DNA of 64,000 nt, from assembly GCF_964355755.1 (NCBI RefSeq), contig NC_092680.1, forward strand, positions 18,609,045 to 18,673,044, read 5' to 3'. Below, one piece after another: positions 1-13,009 of this stretch. Origin of the DNA: Antedon mediterranea. Its lineage: Eukaryota > Animalia > Echinodermata. The notes under the pieces were generated by a model. That model saw nothing but the letters and a program-made list of their open reading frames with translations, made no database searches and was not told the origin of the DNA. The first letter of the stretch is position 1. Each line of letters begins with the position of its first letter. The translations under genes were made by a program, and so were the position numbers.

Positions 1-370
1 AACTCCTCAACGGACAGTCGTATGGACAAAATTTGTACTGTAAAATGTTCTTTAAAGATTAGCCTATATAACTGTGTGATTGAAAAAAATTAAAATTTTT
101 TTTTTCACTTCTTAAGTCCATCGAAAAAAACACCACAGTTTATAAGCATAGGCGCCGCATGGTGTCCTGAAATCCCATGAAAACGCTATGTTATTTCTGT
201 TGGTTACGCTTCGTTGCACGGCATTGTTTGTCATAGATCGAAGATGTCTTCGTTTCGTGAAAAAGGCGTATACTAAATTCACCAATTTAATTTCAATGAA
301 GAATTTCCGATTCATCAGCAATAAGTTTCGTAAACTTAAAGCTATAGTTGACCCAGAACGTTCATTTTAT

Positions 371-583
371 GACCGCGAGTGTTTACACTATACGAAGTGC
401 CGGCCCGAAGCCCGCAATTGCCGGCCCGAAGCCCGCAATTGCCGGCCCGAAGCCTACTCTAGACTAGGCTCAAAATTGAGCCCGCTCGAGGCCGGCTCGG
501 TTGTTCCCAGAGTGTTTACACTTGTGCACTTTTGGCTCGGAGCCGGCCTCGGGCTCGCTAAAAGCTGAAGTGTAAATGGGGTC
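371..583. mobile_element. Small non-autonomous DNA transposon (MITE, PIF/Harbinger-like termini) with internal 21-bp repeats
   Basis: Imperfect terminal inverted repeats GACC..TTTACACT / AGTGTAAATGGGGTC, followed by TAA. GC-rich interior with about 3 copies of TGCCGGCCCGAAGCCCGCAAT. Lies in an Asx intron. Superfamily assignment is inference. Confidence 0.55.
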
Positions 584-853
584 TAATGTTGAAGACTAGA
601 TGTGAGACTAGGCCATTAAAGAAAGCAGTGCTCATATTGTGTTTACGGCGTAAAATAGACAAACGCACCATAGGTTTGTTTTTAATCGTGGAGCATTCAC
701 CCAGCCAATTCCTGAGTGTGCTATAGAATCATTAAATAGAACATTTGCCATGCGGTAGACTTGATAATGAACTGTATGGATATGAAATTGATCAATCAGA
801 TAGTAAGAATAAACTTGGGTTATAATGATTATATTTAATTTTCTTTTCTCAAG

Positions 854-3548
854 GATATCATCTTCTGCAATGAGTAATGAGTTCTTTGCAAGGGCGTGCA
901 CAAGTTGGCGTGAAAGTCTATCAGAAGGAGACTTCATGCCAGAAGCTCAGTTGAAAATTAAACAAGAATTAGAAAAGGAAAAGGTTAAACTTGATCCGTG
1001 GAAGGTACGGCTCTTGTTTTTGGTTTCACCTGAATGTATTTTTGTAGTGGAACTGTAGGTTGGTGTTAACTGATGAAAGTGAATTTCCATTAAAATTTAC
1101 AAACATTTTTCCGCCTAGGCCTAGCTCTGAATTAAGTTTTCCGTAAAGCTCAAGTAGCGATCGCAATGTAGGCCAGGCTAGAGATATTACGTGACTGCAA
1201 GCAGATTGACGACACATTTTTTTTTTCTTTGCATCACTCAAATAGATAAAAACGAGGTTCCTGAATTCAGAATACTAAATTAAATAAAATACAGATAAAA
1301 ATAAACATATTATACACATATTAGGCAATGAACATTAATTCGAAACCACCCGGTGATATACCGAAATTTAATTAATTAATTTGAAACGATAAAGATGAGG
1401 AAATCTGTGAGAATGAGAAAAAGTCGCCCCAACCGAGACTCGAACTCAGACCGCCTGCTTGATATGCAGATGTCCTAACCATTAGACCACTGGGGCTTTC
1501 ATGGTATTGTTCAAACTAGATTGGATAGCAACTCTTTAATATTCTCGGCGTGGTATGGCGGAACAGCACTAGTCCTCAGTTGTACGCACGCGCACCAGAG
1601 ATCAAATTGATACGCCCTCATCTTTCGGTATTTTTATTCACGGGTCGGGATCTCCGAAGAGATACTTTTATATATATAAACACATTAGGCAATGAACATT
1701 AATTCAAAACCACCCGGTGATATACTGAAATTTAATTAATTACATGTACACTAGCAAGAGTATGTACATGCGCTGTGAAGAGGGTTTGTTTATTTTCGTT
1801 AACAAAATTTAATGTAATTATAATTACAAACAAAGTAAATTGTTCATACATAGTTTTTGTGTAATTATAAATTATTTTTTTATTTTATGAATTATTTTTA
1901 GATTTAATTACATGCATATACAATTTTTTTTATTTAGGTAAAACATTTTGAGCCTGTTTGGGGTCAAAGTACCATACCGAAAAATCCAGATACAAACTCG
2001 TCTATTGAGCTTGTATCAACTTCACCAACCAAGACGTCACCGGTGAAAATAATAGAGAAACAGCAGTCAGCGCTTTCAGCTACTGTGAAGCCTGTAATTA
2101 CCACTGTAGCAGCTATACGAAGTCCAGTTGTGACAAGATCAGTCACCGCAACTTACAGACCTAGTCACGTTTCTGATGCAAAGTCAGAGCTGTCTGATAG
2201 TACGGCAGCGCATTGTGTAACCACATCAGATTGCAATACAAAAACAATACCAAGTGTTAGTGTGCCAGTTGTTACGACGAGCACAGCAACAACCAAAGCA
2301 GATTTAGACATTGTCAACGTTAAAAGTGAACTTAGTAATTCTCCATCGTCTTTACAAGTGTCAACATCGTCATCGTCAACAATTAATAGTTCTCATTTCT
2401 CGTGTAGTAATCTACTTTCCAGTATGGCAGCTGAAAGCCAGAGGAATAGACAGTCTGCTGGCGAGTCTAGTGTAACGTCTTGTAAATCTGTCTCGAAATT
2501 AGCTGAAATGCTTCAAAAACCATCGCAAATTATGTCCGCAGATAAAAATAATAAACGTCCTTCCACGGAAGTAAATCCTGTATCACCGGAGAAACGGTTA
2601 CGAGAAGATACACCACAAGTGAAACATCAACCGCGAATTATCCTAAAGTTTACCAAAGGAAAAACGACACCACATGTTCGTATGCAAACAGAAATAAAAC
2701 CAGTGAAAACTACAATACAAGTAAAACGTCCGTTGCCTAGAGTGAAAGGACAAACAAAAACACTAGCCCAAATTAAAGCTCAAAATCAATCCAAAGCAAA
2801 GTTGCAAGCCCGCAGGCCAGGAGGCATAAACAAAATGAAAACGCCATATTACTTAAACTCTATTGTTCCAACAAATGCAACTGCTGTCGTTTCGCAAGCT
2901 AACCTTCAAGGCTCGCCGCCAAATGTAACACAGAATTCGATAACTTTAACCACACCGTTACAATCTGTTTCCCAGTTTATTGTTCGGCCAGTGAGTGTCG
3001 TTCTTATGGGGAAACCCCAAGTACAATTGATATCAACACAAGCACAAAGTTTTTCGGAAAACGTAAATCCTTCGTCTGGCACGACATCAGGTAGTGTCAT
3101 GACCCCGGGAAAGCAAGTGATACTGTTACAAACAAGTTCAGCGTCTGTACCTAATACACAAACTGTTACTAATACTCCTCTATCACCTAATAACAATATT
3201 GAAAGCATCAGACCAGTTGAGAATAAACAAAGTACACCAACAAATACGCAATTATTGAAATCTCCAATTAGGACGAACCAAGACAGAACAATAAACGGTA
3301 CGCCGTTATCACTTTGTGTCACGCAGCCGTCACAGACAGTTGTCTTAGAAAATCACAATCAAAACACGCAACTTGGATATGTTACTGGAAACAAACCAAC
3401 AGCGTCGAAATCGGAAAGTTTAAATGCAACAATAGCAAAATGTACATGTCGAGTGAAAGCAATGATTTTATGCCAAGGTTGTGGGGCTTTTTGTCACGAT
3501 GATTGTATAGGACCAACAAAGCTATGTGTTACATGTCTTATACGATGA
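854..3548 (+). CDS. ASXL: Additional sex combs-like Polycomb protein, last two coding exons (854-1004, 1938-3548); 5' part lies outside the window
   Basis: Exon 854-1004 (AG/GT bounded) encodes [37 protein letters not shown]. It splices in frame to [11 protein letters not shown] at 1938, forming the DEUBAD domain end. The terminal exon has an ASXM-type motif [11 protein letters not shown] and the C-terminal atypical [38 protein letters not shown]. Confidence 0.96.
1320..1742. repeat. 364-bp repeat unit with 59-bp terminal direct repeat (about 1.2 copies) carrying a tRNA-like gene
   Basis: 1320-1378 and 1684-1742 are direct repeats with 2 mismatches. A short (TA)n lies at about 1669-1678, just before the second copy. 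Confidence 0.8.
1425..1496 (-). tRNA. tRNA-like cloverleaf, anticodon ATC (Asp-like); probably element-borne or a pseudo-tRNA
   Basis: Minus strand reads GCCCCAG TG GTCT AATGGTTA GGAC A TCTGC ATATCAA GCAGG CGGT CTGAG TTCGAGT CTCGG TTGGGGC G. All four stems pair (with G-U pairs), A and B boxes are present, and a T5 run follows 2-3 nt downstream. Confidence 0.65.
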
Positions 3549-4840
3549 TGATTGGTCATGTTATAAACAGTCTTTGTTTATATAAAGCAAATTAAGTATA
3601 TTTTATGGGCTATAAAGTAAGAGTTTTATTGTACAGTAAGGTAATTCAAACAATTGTGTTACTAACTGTTTTCTAACATTGTTTGTGTGATTACAAATAA
3701 TCTAATAACCCAAGTAAACATTTGCATTAGAAATCAGATATATATAAAGATTATGAAATAGCAAAAAAATAATAGATATATTTCCAACAAAAGTTAAAAG
3801 GTGAAATTACGTGAAAGAAAACAGTATGTTATGTTGTTCAAACATGTTTTTCCTTGGGTGCTATGAATATAATTTTAAAGCATGGAAGAATTTTAAATTT
3901 AAAGAAATTTCTAATGTTTGTAGATTTCTCAGTTTCACAGTGTGTTTTGGTGAACAATTGACATCATTCAATACTCTAAATTTGGAAATGCAATTTAAGA
4001 GTGTTTACATAAAATGAATTCCACACTACTGGTTACAACTTGCAATGGTGTAAAGTAATATTATTTTCAATACCAACAATAATGACTGCATTTTAATCAA
4101 GGAGATGTAAAATAATTTTGAATTTGTAAGGTTTTATTCAGTTAATCGCATGAAATATCTATATAATACAGAAACGAAACCACTGTCTAGTATCATCCTC
4201 CTTCCTGGAAAATCCCTTTGTAAGTAATATAAAATCATGAGATTAGCGCTTGTCTTGTCCATTTCAAAAGTTGTTCCATTGCAGGTTCTTTACTGATTCA
4301 CGCTGAATAAATTAAAAATACCTACCTATGTAAAGTGTTCTAGTGTGAACTAAGTAGCTTGCAGGAAACATGAGGCCTGGGGTTTTCAAAATATCATTTA
4401 TTTACCTTGCTTCATTATTATTAATAATCATAATAATAATAAACAAATCAAATCGAAGTAAGGATCTCAACTATATTGTTTTATAAAATATAGCATTTTT
4501 GTTTTTATTCTGAATTTTGTTTTGTGATTTAATTTTTTTTTTCTACCCAATAGAAAAACTACCATCATAGAATTTAATTTTTTTCTGTTTTAAATTGTAA
4601 ATACGAAAATTATGACGAAAATAGCCAAAATAAATAAATATTTCTTTTATTTTAAAGTAGCTAAATGAAAATGTTACTTTTAAATTTGGTTTCATAGTGT
4701 CCTGAACATTATTGTACTGGTAATATTAGCAATTCATTTCTTTGTGTCGTTTTTGTTTGCTTTGTAAAAATAAAATTTGATATAAACTGACTTTATTTTA
4801 ATTTATATTTTAGTTTACCGTATTTTTATACAAATTATAT

Positions 4841-4915
4841 TGGTGGTCAAATTGTTATATATGGTGGTCAAATTGTTATATATGGTGGTCAATATGGTGG
4901 TCAAATTGTTATATA
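4841..4915. repeat. 21-bp minisatellite (TGGTGGTCAAATTGTTATATA, about 3.5 copies)
   Basis: Tandem copies are directly visible, one of them truncated. Confidence 0.85.
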
Positions 4916-4929
4916 TATATATAGGCCTA

Positions 4930-5193
4930 CAGTCAATCACCTCCTCTGGGACATTAAGGGGGACTTTATGTTTTAACAGTCAATTCCTATTCAAGGGCTG
5001 TTTATCTTTTATTGATTAGTTGATCACATGACATACCATTGCATTTCTATCCTAAATGATAGCAGTTATAGAACCTCTATTAAGGGAACACCTTTGGGAC
5101 CCCACAGTGTCCTCTTAATACAAGTGATCCACTTAAATAATAGTTGGCTTTTGTTCGTTTCGTGGAAAAGTGTATTCCAGAGGGGTTCTACTG
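4930..5193. mobile_element. Degenerate Tc1/mariner/pogo-like MITE (CAGT..ACTG termini)
   Basis: TA-CAGT left end and GGGGTTCTACTG right end. Internal CCTCTATTAAGGG / GTCCTCTTAATA motifs are shared with relatives at about 26988, 39500 and 54640. Confidence 0.55.
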
Positions 5194-5609
5194 TTTTTGT
5201 CAATATGAGCGTCCCATAGTAGCCAGGTTGTTGTTGTCCCCTTCCCATCTCTAAATTTCAAACAAAAGTAATGTATACGCCTTATTTATTTGCATTACAT
5301 TGGATAACAATAATTATTATCTACTTCATTGACTCGTTTCTACATTAATATGACTTCTGCATGGTATTGATGGCGCTGCACTGCTTGCGTCAAGAGTGTC
5401 TTTTTCACAGTTATCAATCAATCAAAGGAAATAGGGGTTTATAATGCTGTCTTTGTCAATATGAGCGTCCCATAGTAGCCAGGTTGTTGTTGTCCCCTTC
5501 CCATCTCTAAATTTCAAACAAAAGTAATGTATACGCCTTATTTATTTGCGTTACATCAGATAACAATAATTATTGTCTACTTCATTGACTCGTTTCCAAG
5601 TTAATATGA
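5191..5609. repeat. Local direct duplication of about 163 bp (5191-5353 and 5447-5609)
   Basis: Near-identical blocks beginning CTGT(T/C)TTTGTCAATATGAGCGTCCCATAGTAGCC, 256 bp apart. Confidence 0.9.
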
Positions 5610-6530
5610 ATTCGGCTAAAGATAAGATTGGACGAATTGAAATGGGTCACTATCTCTGTCCTGTTACATTTTCCAAGGTACTTTCCCTTATTTTTTCCCC
5701 GGATGTCGTGATTCATATCGTCGGCTTGATAGCCTTGGTCTAATCAGCTACAATAAGATCAATGCAAACATTAAAAGCACATTAACCCCTTACGTTGCTA
5801 TTTATTTTTAATAATCATCATTTTGGATACTAACAATGAAACAAGATTTTCGGCCATAAAACACTCAATACCTTCAGACGTATAGACGTACATGGTTCTA
5901 TTCTGAAAATACGTAAGTAATATAATCGTAACTAGTAAACGTAAAAAAATAGTTCATTGATTCGTTATAGTGGTCTGCAAAGACTGTTTCATATTCTTAA
6001 TAGGCCTAATAAATGTGCAGTGACTTCAGTTCATGTGCATCATATGTAGGCCTACTCCAACTTACATGACTTCTGCCATCGTTGAATGAACCAGTGTTGA
6101 GAAGACCTCACTGTTCTTTCTTGCCATTTCCCTTAGCATTCTTCCATATTTTGTCAAAATGTCATTTTTAATCCGCACATGAGTTGTGTTTTCAATATAA
6201 TATAATAAGTTATTTATGGGCATAGGCCTAATTGAAACTGTAAAAACATCAGACGTTTTAGTTAAACATTACACACCATGCCATTTGGCTATAAAGACTG
6301 CTTTTACTCAGTATTATTACCAATCATTCATTCACAATTCCATTAATCACATAAAGCTCTGTGTACACTGCTATCAAATTTTATGTGACAAAAAATGTGA
6401 TGTTCCCATAATAATGTATGGACATAATGATGTCATCACTACCATATTTGGGAATATCACTGCCATATTTGGGGCACATCATAATTTTTTATTATTATTT
6501 CTTTTCAGTTACGAAAGGTGTATATTTACA

Positions 6531-7103
6531 ATGAATTCATCTTCAGACGAATTATTGACGCTAAACGTCGGTGGTCATCTGTACACGGCAACTCGCTCGA
6601 CTTTAACTTGTTATCCGAATTCTAGGCTCGGGTCATTGTTCAGTGGTCATTTTGCGCCATCATGTAAAGACGATTGCAATCGCTACATTATAGATGGGGA
6701 CGGGCGCACGTTCCGTCATATTTTGAATTTTATGAGTTGTCGAAAACTTATCCTTCCCGATGGATATCAAGACTGGGACATCCTTTTGGCTCAAGCAAAA
6801 TTTTACCAAATTACAGAGCTCATTCCACTTATTATTAACGAACAAATAAAGCGACGTGTTGATAGGACAAGAAGATCGCCTTCAGAATCTGACTCTGAGG
6901 AGTCCTTACATTCAATAGTCCATCAGAGAGGCAGATTTTGGATACCTGCATGCATTGATGTACTACAATATATTGTGGGTCTGAAACGTTGCTTTGCGCG
7001 GGACGAGGACTTAGAGGTGAAGAAGACAGACAACATACTAGCAATGAATGACAACCAATCACAACACCTTGTTGAAAATGGATTCAAAATGACAAGTGTA
7101 TAA
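6531..7103 (+). CDS. KCTD-family BTB/POZ (T1-type) domain protein, copy 1, about 190 aa, single coding exon
   Basis: [70 protein letters not shown] splice acceptor CTTTTCAG at 6501-6508 precedes the ATG, so the longer 6216 ORF start is intronic. Confidence 0.85.
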   Translation: MNSSSDELLTLNVGGHLYTATRSTLTCYPNSRLGSLFSGHFAPSCKDDCNRYIIDGDGRTFRHILNFMSCRKLILPDGYQDWDILLAQAKFYQITELIPLIINEQIKRRVDRTRRSPSESDSEESLHSIVHQRGRFWIPACIDVLQYIVGLKRCFARDEDLEVKKTDNILAMNDNQSQHLVENGFKMTSV

Positions 7104-7351
7104 AAAGTAGGCCTAATATATTAAGTCATTGAATATTTTGTATAAATAAATACGACTTTACATTGATGATGAACCTACTTATCTTCGGGGTGTTTACCAT
7201 CTTTCGCACTTGTTCCGGCACGGGTCCGGCACCTGCAAACCAAACGTTAATTGACGCATATCCGCGTGGAACTTCGGGAAAACGAAACAGAACGTGTCAG
7301 AACAGTACAGGTGTAAAAGACCCAAACATTTGTCGCTGACTTTGGTGGATA

Positions 7352-7649
7352 CCCAGATAGCAAGCCCTTATGGTGCCAATATGGGTCCCATGTTGGAATA
7401 AATATGGGCCCCACATGGGCTAATTGAACCCACGAATCATAATGGGTCCCATCCGGGACAGCCCACATAGCATGGGACCCATATGGGCGCCACATGGGCT
7501 GCAAATGGGCCGAATATAGGCTACACTTATGGGACCCATATGGGCTTTGCATCCAAGATTCATATGGGTCCCATGTGAAAAAGCCCATCAAGCCTATATA
7601 GGCCTATATATATATCCCATATGAGAGCCATATGGCATATACATATGGG
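7352..7649. mobile_element. Non-autonomous element with TA-CCCAG left end and many inverted ATGGGTCCCAT-like subterminal repeats (EnSpm/CMC-like)
   Basis: Repeated ATATGGG/CCCATAT motifs in both orientations and a degenerate right end ATGGG-TA. Superfamily assignment is inference. Confidence 0.5.
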
Positions 7650-8098
7650 TAGTTCAACAACTTGCCCGGTAAATAAATAAGCGTGATGTGGTGGATTTAT
7701 TTGATGGTTGGTTGGTATTTTATAGCCTTAAACTTAAATTATTATGCGAATATTTTGTGTAAACATATCGTGGTGTCATAGAAATAGAACCAATTAGGGT
7801 ATCGAAATACTCGACATAGAACTAAACCACTCATGAACTCATGCATTCATGGCCGGCTATTCAGTGATTATCTTTTATTTATCATGTATGGTGTCATATA
7901 ACTTTCAAAAACATAAAATACATCATAAGTAGATCTCCTATTAAGGTTTCTCCTTAGAGCCCTACTGATGTATCTTGAAGTGTCGCCTAAAAAATAAGTT
8001 GCCTTTTAAAACATAATAGGCTATTTCCCCTCGTTTTCTGTACGATAAAGTTCTATAGGTTTCATTTGCTATGTTAAATACCTCCCTATTGAATAATT

Positions 8099-8408
8099 AT
8101 TATTATATAACACCTATATAAATTCCTGTCATTTGATTGGACGAATGTGGGTCACATGGCGTGCAATAGTACGCACTATTCAACGATCGTTAAATAGTAC
8201 TTTTTGAAACATTTTTGTTTGTTATTTAGATGTTATATAAAACAAATAATGAATGTTTTGTATTCGTGTAATGGTACAAATAATGGCACTTGGTGAATGA
8301 TGAAAGGTTATATCAACTCGGCTTTGCCTCGTTGATATAACCTTTCATCATTCACCTCGTGCCATTATTTGTACCATTGCACTCATAAACATTCATTATT
8401 TGTATAAT
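8099..8408. mobile_element. Repeat element ending in a long (about 160 bp) hairpin
   Basis: 8242-8403 is a near-perfect inverted repeat around the loop TCGGCTTTGCCTC. A partial inverted copy of its 5' part lies at about 24605-24685, showing that it is interspersed. Confidence 0.7.
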
Positions 8409-9613
8409 GTTTGTTAATAAAGGTCTGTCCAAATTAGTAGAACATTTTAAAAATATCTAATCAACTATTAAAATGCGTCAAAATAAATGAAAAACAAACA
8501 AAAGGTAAGGCCCTATTGCGTGTACACACACAGTCATACAAATTTTTCAAAACACATTTTTTGTCTATTTTTCTGAATATCATCTTTCTATTTATTATCT
8601 ATTATATCCGGACATCTGATGTTATTTATAGCCCACATATAACCCACAATTTGTGCATGAACTTATAGGCCTACTGTCGGTTGCATTGCATCGAAATACT
8701 GATATCCTATCCAGAATTTGAGACTCAACCAAAGTTAGTATATTATTAACTTTGCTTGGTATATTTAAAACAATAAAACTAAAAACGCTATTTGTTGGAA
8801 CTGGAACGATCACATCTAGAGAAGTCGAAAAATCAGATAAAGGCCCTCTTCAAGGTGTCAGAGAAGTATTCCATTTTTGTGACCTTGAAAGGCCTAAGTG
8901 TTGCCTTGATCTATTGAAGTGAGAATGCACAAGGAAGGATTGTATACTTTACTTCATACTTCCGTCCATGCTTCCAGGTATCCTAAACCCAACAATACGG
9001 TATCTTAACTTTTATATTATATTGCTTTTAACATAAACTTCTTGCAGCTTGTTGTTTCTTTATAAAACATAGCTTTGAAGCTTGTTAAATTGAAACAGCA
9101 CTACTACTACAGTCTCGCACCTAAAACTAGGCATAAGACTCACCATACCGCCGCGCAGGGAGTGTGGTGCGAAAGTGTCATTTGCCAGAACGTGATTAGA
9201 GCAGGGAGTTGTAAAAACTCCCTGATTTAAGCGCAAGGAGGAGTATCTGTCTCCAAAGAGTCGGAGAGGGTACTTCCTAATATTAATTCCTAATAAATTT
9301 CTGGGTAAATTGCGATCGGTCGCGATCATTACGAGGGGGATTCAATTGCGCAAAGATATCAATCAATTTGAGATTGCAAATAGCTCGTGATAGACTCTTA
9401 TGATAAATTAAAACACAATGTTTAGAAATAATTATTGTTTTATTTTGATAGATCTAATACGGAACAGTTTTTTTTAAATATAATTATGAAACTAAAATGT
9501 CACCAAACGAACAATTAGCAAATGTCAGTTTTAGCCACTTTATAAAACAGTATTTCAATGGTAAACTGAATTTTTTAAACTTGCTTACTTACTAGGCTAT
9601 AGGTATTACCACC

Positions 9614-10316
<703 letters not shown>

Positions 10317-11165
10317 AGATAAGCGATTACACATCATACACTGTTATAGCTTTACGGGTTTTTTTTTTATTAATAGAATTAGTAATGTTTTCCGTACAGC
10401 ATTTTAGATTATTTTGAAAAAAAAATATCCCTGTATATTTGGATATCATTTCATAGATTTAGAGACATAAAATCGATAAAATCTGATTTTTACTTTTCTT
10501 CACTAATGGACAGGTATGAATTTAAAAGGTGTACGAATTAAGCAAATTTTCATCTGATATCCATATTATTTTCGTAGGTACTTTCCTAATTTGTCTGTAA
10601 GATAATTCATAACGGGTTGATGTGAATTAAGTCCAAACATTAAAGGTCAATTTGTTAGTATACGGTAGTACGTTATCTTTATCCACCATTAATCTCAATG
10701 ATAACGCGCTAATTACTCATCTACACGTTCACATGTCTTTTTTAGGCGTACATTCAAAGTGAATAGTCTGCCTGGTAACAATTCCCATTCTCGTGCATCA
10801 AACCCGGTTACTATAAAGGTAGGGATTGCATACCAATTATCAATTTTGTCAGGTAGAATCGGTGTGTTTATGTTGAATAACTAAGTTTTTTTTCTTATTT
10901 CATGACGGCCACTCACAAAAGTACCGTATCACATAGGGTCACGATATTCTATCCTTGTAGGCATATACTATTAGTACCGTATTACATGGCTACGACTTAA
11001 GTTAAGTGCAATATCATAGTTCTTAAAAACCGCGATACGTGTTCGTGGCCCTTTTACGACACACTTACACTCACTTTAATATATTGCATATAATTAAACA
11101 GAAATGAAGCTAATAGTTTTTAAAAAATAGTACAACTATCACTTCAAATCTTAAACGATAGGACT

Positions 11166-11861
11166 ATGGATGAATTATTGGATCTAAACATTGGTGGCCA
11201 CTTCTACACGACATCTCGTTCAACCTTAACTCGTTATCCGGAGTCTATGCTGGGTGCTATGTTTAGTGGTCGTCTTCCTTCTAAAGTTGATCAGTGTAAC
11301 CGCTACATTATTGACGGAGATGGGCCTACATTTCGACACATTCTCAATTTCCTGCGACGATCTAAACTCATCCTACCTGACGGATTTAAAGAGTGGGATA
11401 TTCTACTGGCCGAAGCGGATTTCTACCAAATTCCAGAGTTAATTAAAATTATTGATGAAAGAAGAAATCAACAACTGAATGAGTCTAGACCAAGTAGATT
11501 TATTTTGGAGGTTAGGGGTGTTTTCAGAAGTAGTACAGGAAGCCCATGTACATCTAAATGGTATATATCTGGGCCACCTAAATTTATCGATCTACTGCCA
11601 TCTATAAAACATCACTTTGAGTTGCAAGTAACCCATGACTCCGAAAGATATACTGATGAGGTGAAGAAAGCAGAATATAGTTCACTCTCAATAGAGCGCT
11701 TATACCAAAATCATTACTTGAATAAGACACAATTGTTTAAAGAAATACATGATATTGGTTTTACATTATTCAACACAGGATGTATTCCTCAGCATAATGG
11801 AACTGTAACTGATCAATGGTGGACATTTATAAAAGGGGATTCACCTAATGGAACAAATTAA
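11166..11861 (+). CDS. KCTD-family BTB/POZ domain protein, copy 3 (KCTD6/11/21-like), 231 aa, single coding exon
   Basis: [82 protein letters not shown]. Intact ORF with AATAAA at about 11899. Confidence 0.93.
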   Translation: MDELLDLNIGGHFYTTSRSTLTRYPESMLGAMFSGRLPSKVDQCNRYIIDGDGPTFRHILNFLRRSKLILPDGFKEWDILLAEADFYQIPELIKIIDERRNQQLNESRPSRFILEVRGVFRSSTGSPCTSKWYISGPPKFIDLLPSIKHHFELQVTHDSERYTDEVKKAEYSSLSIERLYQNHYLNKTQLFKEIHDIGFTLFNTGCIPQHNGTVTDQWWTFIKGDSPNGTN

Positions 11862-12329
11862 AAAGCACTATAAGAGGCTGGTTGATTTTATTTCCTAGAA
11901 TAAAGCAAAAAAATGATTTTTTTTTTGTCTTATGTAGGATCGACCCACTTTTATTTCTTCATCAATAAAATGTTCGTTTACAATGCATTGCACATGAGTA
12001 ATGTAATGATACAATACAATATAACTGACATTAAATAACTTTCAGTACATCTGATATCTTACTCCTACCATTGCATTTTATATATAATAGTATAAGGAAA
12101 GAAGAAGAAAATATATTTTCCTCTATGTTATACACTCTTACACGTTTTTCAATCCTTAACAATGTACGTATAATTTACCACAGAATTCTTTATTTTATAA
12201 ATCTTTTTATCTCTTTCAGGCAATCAAAAAAAAAGTTATATTTTACTTTACCTAAATATCAATTTTATAAACGTTAATTTTATACCTTGCTAAATTGTTA
12301 CGGTCCATATCTGACCACATTTTTTTTGC

Positions 12330-13009
12330 CTTTTCTAATTGAAGCTATTCCGAGAAACTGGAAAGTTATAGTGGTTAAGAAACCCTATTGTTATATACAT
12401 AAAGAGGTTGATACAATAGAGAAAAATGTTAATGTTATTTCAAATTATACAACTGTCAAACAATTATATTCCACTTTTACCGATGTAGCATATAAAGCGT
12501 GCATACCAAAAGCACAAGATAAATGGAAAAACCAACTTCAAAATTGTTTTATTGACTGGAATCTATGTTGGAAAAACAAAGTTAAGAGTATGTTGCACAT
12601 AAAAAGAGTGGCTTTCTTTAATTTTAAGTTGCTACATAAAATTTTACCAACTAGGTGTAAGCTAAAATCATGGAATTTGTCAAACAGTAATTATTGTGAA
12701 TATTGTAATGAGGAGGTTGAAAATGAAAAGCATATGTTATTTACATGCAAAGAAGTAAAACATTGCTGGGTAAAATGTTGCGCTATGCTGAAAACATGTT
12801 TTGCATTTACTCAGGAAGTTACATGGGAGAAAATTGTACTTGGAAAATATGATGTCAAAATTAATGAAAGATTTTCCATTTTAACTTTCTGTTTTTATAA
12901 AAGTAAAGTCAAACATAGACTAGGACTTGTCAAAAAATGTCCATGGTTAATGTTCACTGCGGAGTTAGAAGGTATAATCAATTGTGAGTTTTTAATTAAA
13001 AAAAAATGA
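12330..13009 (+). mobile_element. 5'-truncated non-LTR retrotransposon (L1/Tx1-like) ORF2 C-terminus with zf-RVT zinc finger
   Basis: FNFKLLHKILPT..L..W......CEYC...E...HMLFTC..V...W motif, typical of the CCHC region downstream of LINE reverse transcriptase. No RT core remains. Confidence 0.8.

Noticed and set aside
188-568. 126-aa ORF with CRPEARN repeats
   Set aside because: Translation of the 21-bp repeats of an intronic MITE. No domain similarity, and it lies in an Asx intron.
1640-1725. Possible hammerhead ribozyme core (CCGAAGA ... C(G/A)AAAC) across the repeat-unit junction, as in Penelope-like elements or retrozymes
   Set aside because: The core is CCGAAGA rather than CTGANGA and I could not close stems I and II convincingly. 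An Infernal/RNAmotif search on the family consensus would be needed.
6216-6530. N-terminal 105-aa extension of the KCTD copy 1 ORF
   Set aside because: Runs through a MITE (6353-6490) and a splice acceptor at 6508. The paralog starts at the position equivalent to 6531.
7247-7591. 114-aa minus-strand ORF with WDPY/PYGSH repeats
   Set aside because: Translation of the subterminal repeats of a non-autonomous transposon.
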